DNA of 64,000 nt, from NCBI GenBank assembly GCA_964019335.1, contig OZ025663.1:682001-746000 (forward strand). The letters are read 5' to 3'. The stretch is from Diplonema japonicum. Lineage: Eukaryota > Protista > Euglenozoa: Diplonemea. Shown in pieces: positions 35,158 through 46,472 of the stretch. How positions within the stretch are numbered: position 1 is the stretch's first letter; every line of letters begins with the position of its first letter. The position numbers and the translations under genes were made by a program. The notes beneath the pieces are model-generated. The model did not search any database, had not been told where the DNA came from, and was given only the letters and a program-made list of their open reading frames with translations.

Positions 35158-38100
35158 ATGGTAGGCACCTTAAGGGACCGCTCTCCGATTAGGAACAGGA
35201 GGCTCAGCCTCGGTGGCGTGGCGGGTCCTGCAAGACCAGCCTCAGTGACGACCCCGCGTGTGCAGACACAAACTAGAGCATATGTATCGCCTCCTAGAAT
35301 GTCACCACCGAGCCCACTGCTTGCAAGAGGAGACTTTGAGACTCCTGTCTCCGTGGGTACCCCTCTTCTGCGTGGCCTCCCTAATAGAGGGCAGGTCACA
35401 GTCGATGCCTCTGCCCTTCGTGCCCTAGAGGATAACTTGGTCCCCGTCGTGGACGCCCTAGCTGCCGCTGAAGCAGAGAACCAGCGTCTTGAGTCAGCAC
35501 TGCAAGATACAGCACGCGAGAATAGCCGAGTCAAGAGGACAGCAGACCTTGCCACTGCCGCAGAGCGAGCGGAGCGCACGCATGTTGCCACCATGCACGC
35601 CACGGAGGTGGCGGATCTGAGACGAGGCTTAGATGAAGCTGACCTGGTGATACGGAAGCTGCAGAACGATCACGAAGACCCCGCCGTCATCAACAGGCTG
35701 AAGATGCGAGTTGCAGAGTACGAAGCCGAAAACACCGCTCTGAAGGCACAGCTGGACGCGCACAAGGTGCAGCTGCAAGAGCTGTCCTTGGAGAACACAA
35801 CTCTAGCTGACACTATCTCACAGCTGCGCTTGGACGCAGAACGAGCGCGAGCTGAGACAGAAGAGATGGCCGCACGAAACAACACTTTGCGTGATTCGCT
35901 TGCGCTGACAGTTGCCGAGCTCAACGCGCAAATGCAGCAGTCTGCAGACGGGAATGCTCTGATGGGGATGAAGATTCAAGGGTTGGAGTTTGAGCTACAT
36001 GACAGAAGCAAAGGTGGCGACGACGTGAAAAGGCTGAAAGAACTCCTCGAGGAGTCCCAGCAGCACCTGCAGCAGTACGACACCATCAACAAGAACCTCT
36101 CGTCCAACGCAGTAAGGTTGATTTCACAGAGGTCCAAACAGACACACGAGATGTACTCGAAGGCGAGAACCGAAACGATGAGGCAGGCTTGGTGGAAGAT
36201 GATTTACTTCTGGATCCTGACGCAGGGGAAGAAGTACAGGGACGCACAGTACGCGCTGCAGCAGGAGCTGATAAGGCACAGCGAAGAGACCGCAGAAGAG
36301 CTCAGCAGGATGCAGACCAATTGCATGGAAGAAATCATCAAGCTGCGTGATGACTCGGCCGAACAGATGGCACAGGTACTGGAAACTGCACGAAGGGAGA
36401 AGGAGATCTTCGCAAAAGACAAGATGTTCATTTTCGAGGACCTAGAGGCTGAGAGGCAGCGCAGGCTCGACTGTGAAGCAGCGAACAGCGAGTTGAAGCA
36501 GGAGCTGCAAAAAGCTGAATTTGCTAGGTCCAAGTTACAGAAAGACATGAACAATATGCAAAGAATGCTGGAGGCCGACACCGGGGAGCTGCGGGACGAG
36601 TTCCTCAACGGGTACCAAAGGCTCTCGGACGATCTGGTCATGATGTGGAAGAAGCTCAGAGAGGACCTCAACGGGCAGCTGCGTCGCGTGTGGGAGGAAG
36701 ACAGAGTCTCAAAGAGGGACCAGGAGAAGCAGCAAGAGAACAAGGGGCTGGTTGATAGCTTGCAGAAGAAGCTGCTCGAGACAGAGTTAGAGCTCGAGAA
36801 ATGGAAGGATAAGGCCACAGATGTATGTTATACCTTTACCAACACCCGACACAGGGCATTGAGAAGCTGTCGTATGAGATGGATCGTGCCAACAAGAAGT
36901 TGATCGAGGAGAATGCTGCTGCTCTGAAGAAGCTGAACCGCGAACTCTCAGACGAGGTATGATTCTTATAGACTCCAAATGGCACCAGACCGCGCGTGGT
37001 AGCAGCAAAGAATGGCGAGTGCAGGAACTAGAAGGAAGGATAGATGACCTTAAAGATGAACTGAAGCGTATGGCCGCTAAGATGAAGGAAGAAGAAGAGG
37101 CCAATGATGAGGTATGCACCACACTTTGTGTCTGTAAGCAAACCTAGTTCAAACGAGCCTTGGCAGCAGAGCAAGCGGCAAGGAACAAACTGCAGCATGC
37201 AGTCGACAAGCACAGCAAGTCTGAAGAAGAATACGAGCGCAAGATGGAGGAGATGGAGCAAGCTCACAAGGAGGACATCGATGCCTTGCAGAAGAAGATC
37301 AGTGACTTGAAGAAAGGCCAGTCGAATATGCAGCATGTGAACAAGGAGCTCGAGAACACTTTGGACGACCTGGACAAGGCGCAGCAGGAAGGTAGTGAGC
37401 TCCGTAACCTAATTTCTTCTCTGCGTGATCAATTGGGCGGCAAGGAGGGCAAAATGCAGGATCTGCTGGATATGATAGACCAGGAGAAAGCTGCCACGAA
37501 AAAGGTGGAGAAAGACCTGAAGGACTCCCAAAAAGCAAAAACCAACTTGGAGTACGAGATCGAAACACTGAAGAAAGAGCTGCAGGATGAAGAGTCCAGG
37601 AACAATGATTTCATGAAACAGCTTAAAGACGCACAGCAGCAGAACAGAAAGCTAAAGGGTGAACACCAAGAAGCGCTGCACGACTTGGAAGCAGAACTAG
37701 ATGAGGCCAGGGAACACATAAATGACGCCTCAAAGCTGAAGCAGGAACTGCAGACGCTGAGGGGGAAGATGGCAGACCTCTTAGATGACAACAGGCGGCT
37801 AAGCCAGGATAAGGAGGATCTGGAAGATAAGAACAGAAAGTTATCCTTCGAGATGGACCTTGAGAAGCAGCGCAACGCAGCCTCGAAGCGCTACTTGGAG
37901 AACGAGGTGGACGACCTGCGCCGTAGATTGGACGAAGCAGAGGAAGAGGCACAGGCACAGGCTGCGAAGTTTAAGGCACTGAAAAAGGAGAAGCAGCAGG
38001 AGATATCGGACCTCCAAGAGAAGATCTCCAGACTGGAAGAAGAAGCAAACCAGGCGACAAGCAACTTGAGCAGAGCTAACGATGCACTTACGAAGGACAA

Positions 38101-41100
38101 GGAAAAGCTGATGAAAGAGAAGCTTAAGGCGGAACAGGAAATCCTCGCTCTGAAGGAGCAGTGCGACGATGATGCTAAACTTCGCGACCAGCTGAACAGA
38201 CTGAAGCAGGAATTCGACAAGGAGCGTCAGTTCACCAAGAAGCTTCAGAAGGAGGCCGAAGACCACGACGCAGTGGTCAACAAGATGCGTAGGATACAAG
38301 ACCAGCTGAAGAAGGACTTGGGTGCTGCGCTGGCTTCCAAGGATGAGGTATGTCGCACAGCACCTAAGCATTGCCGGTAGGATCTGCGTGCAACGAAAGA
38401 TGATCTTGATAAGAAGTGCCAGGAGCTGCAAGAGACGGAGTTCGAAAGGGTATGCACGACCACTTGGCTCATGTTCATTACAGGCACGAGCCAGAGCTGA
38501 CGAAGAGGCAATGAAAAGGAGATACGAAGAAGAACGATCAAGGGCAGAAAGCGAAAGGGACAGAGCCGACCAGGAATACGACAGTGCGGAGGCCTTGAAG
38601 AACAGGTTGTCGACTATGGATGCAAACCTCTCAGCGCTCTCGGGAGACAATGCGAGAATGAAGCAAAAGCTCCAGGACGAGGCAAGGGCTGCTGAGGATG
38701 CAAACGCGGAGAGTGAAAACCAGCTTGCGAAGCTGCGGGCTGAGATGACACATGCAAAGAACGCACACAAAAACGCACTGGCCGCTGAGCAGGACCTGCA
38801 CAGGTCGTTAATGGACGAGCAGCAGCAGAGCAAAGATCTGGCCGACAAGATTGAGAAGCTCGAGAGGAGATTGCAAGACAGCCAGAGGTTTGCGGAAGAG
38901 AGCCGGGCCCTCGCAGAACAAAGGGACGAACTCTTGCGCAGACTGCAGAGGGAAGCTGACAAGGTCAACGATCTCGAAAGGGAGATTGATGCGTTGCGTC
39001 GCGACAGTAAGAACTTAAAGGATGCCCACGAGAAGGTAGCTACACTAGAAGCCCAGGTCGATGAACACCGTGCCCAGCAAGAGCAACTACGCCGTGAGGC
39101 CGAAAAGGTGGAGGGGCTGCAGAAGCAGATGAATCACCTGAAGCTTAAGGCGCAGCAGGAGATCGACGAGAGGATGGCTGACGCTGCTAAACAGATGGCT
39201 GATCTTCGCCAGCAGAAGGACGAGCTGGCTGGTGACAAGAGACGACTGTCCGATGATCTGAGGAATGCAAGGGCAAACCAAGACGACGCGGAAAGCATGA
39301 TCAAGGACCTTGAGCGAGAGCTTGCACGACTGCAGGATGATCTGAGGGAGCGTGACAGCAAGCTCCGCAGTGAAAGGCAAGCTTTGAAAAACGCGAACGA
39401 AGAAGTGGAAGACCTGAAGGATGAACGCGATGTCCTGACGCGAGAGCAGGACAAGCTGCGAGCAGAAATATCTAGCAACAAGGACGAGAGAGACCGCATG
39501 AAAGAGCGCCAAGAGTCCATGGCTGAGACTATAAGGTCGCTGGAGGACCAGTTGTCTGATCTCAGGAAACAGCTGGCAAAGATGAAGCAAGAGAATGAGG
39601 ACCTCAAGGGCGACGTTGACAGGGGACTGAATAACCAGCTGAAGGCACTCCGCAATGAATGCGACGAAGCGAACAGTGAAATCGAACGCTTGAAGGCCAA
39701 GATCAAGGACTTGAAGAAGAAGCAGCAGGACAGGGACATGCTTTCCGACGCGAACCAGACTTTGGAGAGCAATTTGAAGAAAGCCAAAGATGCCAATGAA
39801 GACTTGCAAGATACTATCGACAGGATGCACAGGGAGTTCAAGGAGAAGGCAGGCGATCAGGCGGCAAGGCTAGCGGATGAGCTGGACGAGATAGCCCGTG
39901 AAAGAAATGACCTCAAGCACCAGCTGGCGATGGAGCAGGAAAGGACTGAAGACTTGCAGAAGAAGCTAGCTAAGCTCGAGAAGAAGCTCGCAGACCACCG
40001 CAACATTGATGATAAGTACCAAGAGTTGGAAGGGAAGTACAACAAGCTGGGCGACAAGTTCAAGGAACTGGAGGCAGCACACGAACAGCTTGGTGCAAAG
40101 CACAAGCAGCTAGAGGCTGACTACGCGGATCTCATGGCAGAGCGTGACTCCTTGCTGAAGGGACAACAGGACTTAGAACGAAAGCTCAGAAACGCGGAAG
40201 AAGAAAGAGATGATGCCAAGCGAGCAGCAGGGAGGCTGAAGCAGGTCCTGGATGACATGGAGGGGAAGCTTGGTGACGAGGAAGATGAAAAAGGCAGAGC
40301 AGAGAAAATGGGCAAAAGGTTGAGGCAGCAGCTCGAGGAAGCACAGAAAGAAGCTGAGGAACTCCGCCAGAAACTTAGAAAGGAAGAGGAGGATAGAGAA
40401 GATGCCCAAAGGGAGAAGGAAGAAATTCAGAGGAACGCAAAGAAGCTCAAAGCAGAGCTGGAGGAGATGTACGGCGAGTTCGGAGACGAGAAGGGCAAGG
40501 TTGAGAAGATGAATAAGAAGCTGAGACAGCAGCTCGAAGAAGCTGAACTAGCAGCTGCCGAGCTCCGACAAAAGCTCAAGAGTGAAGAAGAGGAGAGGGA
40601 AGAGGCTCAAAGAATTGCGAAGAAGCTGAAGCAGGAGCTCGACACCATGCAAGGGGAGTTGGGTGACGAGAAGGGCAAGGTAGAGAAGTCAGCAAAGAAG
40701 TTGAAGGAAGAGCTCGACGAGCTGCAGGAGAAGTTTGACCAAGAAGAAGGCGAGAAGGATAAGTGGCAGAAGTCAGCAAAAGACCTGAAAGCAGAGCTTG
40801 ACGATGCACAAGAGGCAGCGGACAAGTTGCAGCAAAAGCTTAAGGAAGAGGAAGATGAAAAAGAAGAAGCTCGCCAGGTCTCCAAGAAGCTGAAACAGAA
40901 GCTTGACAGTCTTGAAGGGAAGCTGGATGACGAGGAGGACGAGAAAGGCAAGGTGGCTAAGTCGGCAAAGAAGCTCAGGGAGGAGCTCGAGGACCTGCTC
41001 GAGAAGCTCCAAAACGAGAAGGATGAACGAGAGAAGTGGCAGCGGTCCGCAAAGGAGCTTGAAGATAGATTGGAGTCCGCAAACAAGTCGGCAGATGGGC

Positions 41101-42377
41101 AGCTTGCAGCAAAGACAGAGGCGCAGAATGAGCTTGACAGCATGCAGAAAAAGCTGAAGGACAACCTCGAAAAGCAAAAGGAACAAGAAGAGCTGGCGGC
41201 CGAACAGGCTCGTGCAAAGAAGTCCTTGGAAGACGATTTGGAGCAGAAGACCCTTTTGGTGGAGCAGGGAAATGCCCTGAGGGCAGATCTGGCGGGGCAC
41301 CTCACGAAGGCCAACGAGACTGCCAAGAAGGCGCGAAAGGAAGCTGCAGAGTACAAAGAAAGGCTGGGGCAGAGCACCGACAAGAGTCAGAGAAACCTGG
41401 AGGATGCTGAACAAAAGATCAGGGAACAGGAGAGGAAGATCGGCTCGCTGAAGGATAAGATTGACTCGCTGAAGAGGAAGAACGAGGATCTCAAGGCGAG
41501 GCTGGCACAGCAAGAGGCAGAGTTGCGGGATTGCAACAGGTGCCGTGAGAAGCTGGCAGCAAGGGAAAGAGAGCTGGCTGAGAAGAACAAAGAGCTGGCG
41601 GAGCTGCGGGCCTTGCAGAGAAAGCTTGACGAGATGGTCGGGAACGAAGCAGACTACAAACAAAAGCTCGACGATATGCGAGGGGGCCTCGAGAGATGCA
41701 AGCAAGAGAACGCTAGGCTGGTGGCGATAGAGGAGAAGTCGAAGGATCGTGAGGTGAAGCTGAAGGAGTACGAAGAGCAGTACGACACCTTCCAGTTCGT
41801 GGTGCAGTCAAGGTCGCAGCTCATCAAGCAGATCTACGATATCTACATGGCAGCGAAGCAGGTACAGAAGTGCCACAGAAACAAAGAGAAGCTAGGAGAG
41901 AGCATCGAGACTACCGTGAAGATGGGCAAGTCGCTGATCTGCGACTTCTTCACGCACCCCGAGAAGATGCACTTAGGGCTGTCACCGTCACACTTCCCTC
42001 CCACAGTCGCAGCGCTGGGGAACACGGATGTGCACGCTAGTATTCTTGGTGAAGGGGTATGTCAAAGGTGCTTTAATCACAACCACACAGCATATCCAAT
42101 CGGTCAGAGAAGGCGCCGACGTCTCAGCCTTCGAGAATGCGGTCCCTGATGATGGGGAAGAGGGCAGGCCTGTGGTATGACATGATCACCTGTGTTTACA
42201 ATCTTCAGCAATCCGTGGCAGTACGAAAAGCTGTCAACAAGTTCCGGACCTCCGCCTCTGCATCCACTCCGAAGAAGAAGGACTATCCTGCGACCACTAC
42301 AGTATCGGTGTGTTTCCTTTTATTTGTTTTAAGACCCGGACCGAATTACTCATCCACAGGTCACGAGGCCTAAGTAG
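35158..42377 (+). CDS. Giant (>2000 aa) coiled-coil cytoskeletal protein, about 8 short introns
   Basis: ORFs 35152, 37160 and 38322 join through GTATG-AG introns and show a continuous heptad pattern. C-terminal non-coiled motif IYDIY...FFTHPEKMHLGLSPSHF. Ends TAG at 42375-42377. Confidence 0.8.
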
Positions 42378-43421
42378 GAAAACAGGAAAGAAAAAGAAAA
42401 AAGACAAAGGAAAGAAGAGAAATCAAGCAGCAGTTTTTTTTTTATAAGCTAACTATTTCTTTTTTTTTTTATATGTTCTTTTTGATACAGATGGGGGGGG
42501 TTTTTTTTTAAAGTTGGTTTTCTCCTTCTTCCTTGCTTGTTGTAGACGAAGTCCGCCGCTCCTTTTTTTTTGTTCGAAACCAGAGCGCAACGTTGATTTT
42601 TTTGTCTAGCTGCCCGAGAAAAGATAAAAAAGGAATACTTAGTGGATAAGAGATACAATTAGTGCCCTCCCCTCACCCTCCATTCCCTTTCCCTTCCCCA
42701 CACTTGTTTTAGAATGTTGTTCATTAACCCCCTTCCCCACCCCTTTTTTTTCTGGTAAAAAGAAAAGTGAGTAGGTGTTCCCTCACCTCCCCCCTTCCCC
42801 CAAGAATCTTCGTGTTGCCAACAAAAGAAATAATCTAGATTTAATATCACGTATCTTCCTTCTTTTTTTCATTGCTCCTCTTTTTTTTTTCTCCTTACGT
42901 ATATTACCCCTTTAAGATTTTTTTTAGACCCCCGACTCCCCTTTCCCCCCGTTATAAAAGGCTGATTGTAAAAAAAGAAACAAGAATGAAAAATAGCCTT
43001 ACAGCAATATTTCTTTATTTAATCCTTTTTGGTTTTCTTCCCTTCTCCTTTCTCTCTCTCACATGCCTGTTTGCCGTTTACACCTATACCTCGGTGGTGC
43101 GGGGGGAGGTGTTTACTTGACGCACAGAGCTTTCTTCTTTTTTTTTTAATTTAGACATTGAAACACTACGTTGAAAGCTCTTTGTAATCTCCCTGTGCTC
43201 CGTTCCGAGAGGCACAGTAAGCAGGGGACCGAGGCCATTCCCACCGAAGGAAACAAGCATTGTAATTCGAAAAAGACCTACCCACCCCCTCCTCCCACTT
43301 TTTTTTTTTCAAGGAGAAAAAAAAGATTGTCTCTCATTTTATTCATACTTAAGCCCTTCGCCATCACAACTTCACACAGATGGTGTTGCTGTCGTAGGCT
43401 TCATTATACAGGGTAGCTACC

Positions 43422-44756
43422 ATGAGGCTAGACCAAGCTGGAAGAAGGTCCAGGCTTGGCACTCTGAAAGGTCAAGGTGCTGGGAACGACGCGCTTCACA
43501 AAAGATGGGGGCGGGGCTGCGAGAAACTGTGCAAGCTTTGGGACTGGTTCGGCACCTCAGAGTCGGCGCGTGCGGCCTTCGCAGCCGCGAAAATGACAAG
43601 ATTTAATATAGAGAATCTTGTTGCCATAGAAGGGGAGGTGCTAGACCTTCAAACAGTGGAGGACTACACTAAAGGTTTGGAGGTGAAAATTGAGATACGT
43701 GAGAAGCTTCTTTGCAAGCTGCATGATCTTTGCGGCAGAACTAATAAGTCAGACGTGGACTCCACTTTCATAAGGAACGAACTGAGGCTCATTATAGGAC
43801 TCTTACGTGTCAAGACAATCGAGCTATACGAGGTGCTGACGCAGATCATGCACTGCCACACGACGACCACCATTCTTGTCCCCTCTCTCAACATCGTTAA
43901 TGATGTTCACGCAATAGTCACGAACACACCTTTAGAGCGCCTCGTGGGTTTCAACACTTTCCGAAACCCCATGCTGCACCCCTCGTGCCCGCCCTGCATC
44001 TGCGCAGAGCCCCTTACTCACGTTGAAGAAAGCCGTGTTTCACGTGTCTTGCTCTCGCTTGGGAAGGCCACTCCTCATGGCGCGGACTGGATCCACCCCT
44101 CTGTATTCACAATGTTGAGTGCCGCCCTCATCATTGTCGTGGATGTTGCGATGAAGGAATTCCTTAAATCTCGTCTCGACACCTATAAAAGCACGGTCGT
44201 GAGCCACGTAGACAGAGAGGCAAGATCATCCCTCGGCAGCTTGGGAGGTAACAGCCCTTTAGGGCTGTCCCTGCATAGCCCCACCGGATTCAAGCAGCAG
44301 CTGCCGCCTTTGATGCACAAATATGACCGTCGACCACAGACCACTGAATCACCTCTCATAAAGGCAATCACTACAAAGTCCCTTGCAAAAAGGGCGAAGA
44401 GCGCAATGCAGGGGGGCTCACCCAGCATTACACCTATCATGTTGCCTCCTGCGGCCTCGACCTCGACTGCATTCCAACCACGCAAGGAAAGCGGCATAAT
44501 AAAACAGCTCCTTGCACAATCAAGTGGTCCGGTCAGTACCGTGATGGCAAATGACACGACTGTCACGATGCAGACATTCTCAAACAACCCAAACACCGGC
44601 GCCCTCGTGTTGTGCATGTCCGACTGCAGAGCTAGGCGTGCCCTTACGGACGTCTTGGCAACTGCACCAGCCCCACTTGCTGTACTCTATTCTGTTCTCA
44701 CTTCAACACACCCCAATAGTAGTGTTACAAAGGTACTGCAAGTCTTAGCAGTTTAG
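43422..44756 (+). CDS. Hypothetical protein
   Basis: 444-aa + strand ORF with AG just upstream of the ATG. No domain recognised. Confidence 0.65.
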   Translation: MRLDQAGRRSRLGTLKGQGAGNDALHKRWGRGCEKLCKLWDWFGTSESARAAFAAAKMTRFNIENLVAIEGEVLDLQTVEDYTKGLEVKIEIREKLLCKLHDLCGRTNKSDVDSTFIRNELRLIIGLLRVKTIELYEVLTQIMHCHTTTTILVPSLNIVNDVHAIVTNTPLERLVGFNTFRNPMLHPSCPPCICAEPLTHVEESRVSRVLLSLGKATPHGADWIHPSVFTMLSAALIIVVDVAMKEFLKSRLDTYKSTVVSHVDREARSSLGSLGGNSPLGLSLHSPTGFKQQLPPLMHKYDRRPQTTESPLIKAITTKSLAKRAKSAMQGGSPSITPIMLPPAASTSTAFQPRKESGIIKQLLAQSSGPVSTVMANDTTVTMQTFSNNPNTGALVLCMSDCRARRALTDVLATAPAPLAVLYSVLTSTHPNSSVTKVLQVLAV

Positions 44757-44818
44757 CCATAGCTCGTAGTATTTTTTGGTTGCAACCCGTCATCTACCAC
44801 AGTTACACATTGTTGCAC

Positions 44819-46278
44819 ATGGGGTGCTGTGAAAGTAATGCGGCCGCGCCTTCGTCAGCCGAGAGGCCGGTTCCTGCTACAAAGCGTGCTGTAAAAGCTG
44901 AACAAGCAAGACCTGATCCGAAGGATTACGGTGAGTGGCCCTGGAGCAGGCCGAGTCCCGATGAGAGAAAAACATTTAAAAAGCAGACTGTTGACTTCTA
45001 TTACTCGAAAGAGTACCTGCAGTCATTCAAGATCCTAAACGCTGTCGAGGCCAAGGCATACGAGGCGTACCTGAACGACGACCTGGAGCAGGCACGCAGC
45101 ATCCTCGACAACAGGGGCGTGTTGTCGACTCCTGTGGTGTCGCCTTTGCAGGCCGAGTCGCCAGACGATAGTTTCTTGGACGAACAGGTGGAGAGGGTCA
45201 GGGGTGGCTCTGTGTCTGCAGTACCTGACGGCGCAGGTACGTCACGCCAAGGCCACGGTTTGGTGAGCGGACCGACATCACCGAGGACACCTAGGTATGC
45301 ATGCAGAACACCCCGTATTCCCACAGGACTGAATCCACCATCATGGCAGCTATCCGAAGGTGCCCGTTGTTCACTCACTTGAGTTCGAACTTTAAAGAGC
45401 ATGAAGTTGTGGCACAGGTATGAATGGCAGCACAAGGTACCGCGCACAGAACATGGTGAGGAAGGAATTCCCGTCTGGACACAGCGTCTATACAACAGGT
45501 GAGTACCCTTCCGATGATTTACGCTGCTGGTACGTCGTGATCCAGGGCAAGGGACTCATCAGACGCAGAAAGGTATGCACAAGAGTAAGCTCATGCCTGC
45601 AGGTGAAGGAGCTGCGGATGCCCGGCGATTTCTTCGGTGAGATGCTTGTGACCAACGCCACGTGCAAGAGTAACATCGATGTGAGGGCCTCAGACCAGCC
45701 GTTGGTGACCTACTCCTTGGATCATCACACATTCAGCAAGGTGCTGTCGAGCATTGCTCATCAGAGGAGAGAGAAATACAAGGAGGAGTTGAGGAAGGTA
45801 ACTGTGGGGAACAGAAAGCCTTTTGGAGAGCTGACCGAAGGTGGCTTGGCTCAGCTTGCAGACTGCCTCACAGAACGATCGTACAGGCCAGGAGACAGCA
45901 TAATAAAGGTATCTGAGGGGACATAAGAAGGAAGAACCAACACAGTACGGCGAGCCAGGGCGCTTTGCACATATTATCATGAAGGGCAGAGTTTCGGTGA
46001 TTGGGAGGAAGAATGGCTCGCCATTTAAGGTTTGCGAGTTTGCGGAAGGTGAAGACCCGATCGGCTTCTTGGAGTTCTTCAGCTCTGAAGAAGAGCTAAC
46101 CATCGCAGATGTAGTTGCCTCGCCCGAGAGCAGCAGTAACGTGGTAACGGCGTGCATCAACAAGGAACACTTCGAGAAGTGCATTGGAAGCGTGAAGGAG
46201 TTGTTCAAGGACGCTGCAGATACTGATCAGGTATACGGCTATTATAGGGACGTAAAGCAGGGTTCTATTCCTGCTTAG
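44819..46278 (+). CDS. PKA regulatory-subunit-like protein with two divergent CNB domains and N-terminal MGCC acylation motif, 4 introns (45295-45326, 45418-45449, 45573-45602, 45909-45945)
   Basis: Inhibitor-like RGGSVSA, CNB-A WYVVIQGK...GDFFGE, QLADCL....Y.PGD.IIKYGE.G...HII..G.V, CNB-B GFLEF....TIADVVA...HFEKCIG...YGYY. Confidence 0.8.
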
Positions 46279-46472
46279 CTTACAGACTGCAAAGTCTTCC
46301 ACTCCTGTTTCCGTTCACCAGACGCATCACTTTAACAAGTGGGGCACCGGCTAATAACACACTGTACATGACGAACTATACACCGATTATATTTTCGAAG
46401 CTATTTTTGTTGCTTGGTACCTAATCAGATTTAGTATTCAGGGAACAACAAAAAGAAAGAAAAGAAACAACC

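Noticed and set aside
35670-41705. Long - strand ORFs (up to 375 aa) opposite the coiled-coil gene, and similar antisense ORFs elsewhere
   Set aside because: They are Ser/Leu/Phe-rich shadows of the GAG/AAG/CTG codon bias on the + strand and carry no domains.
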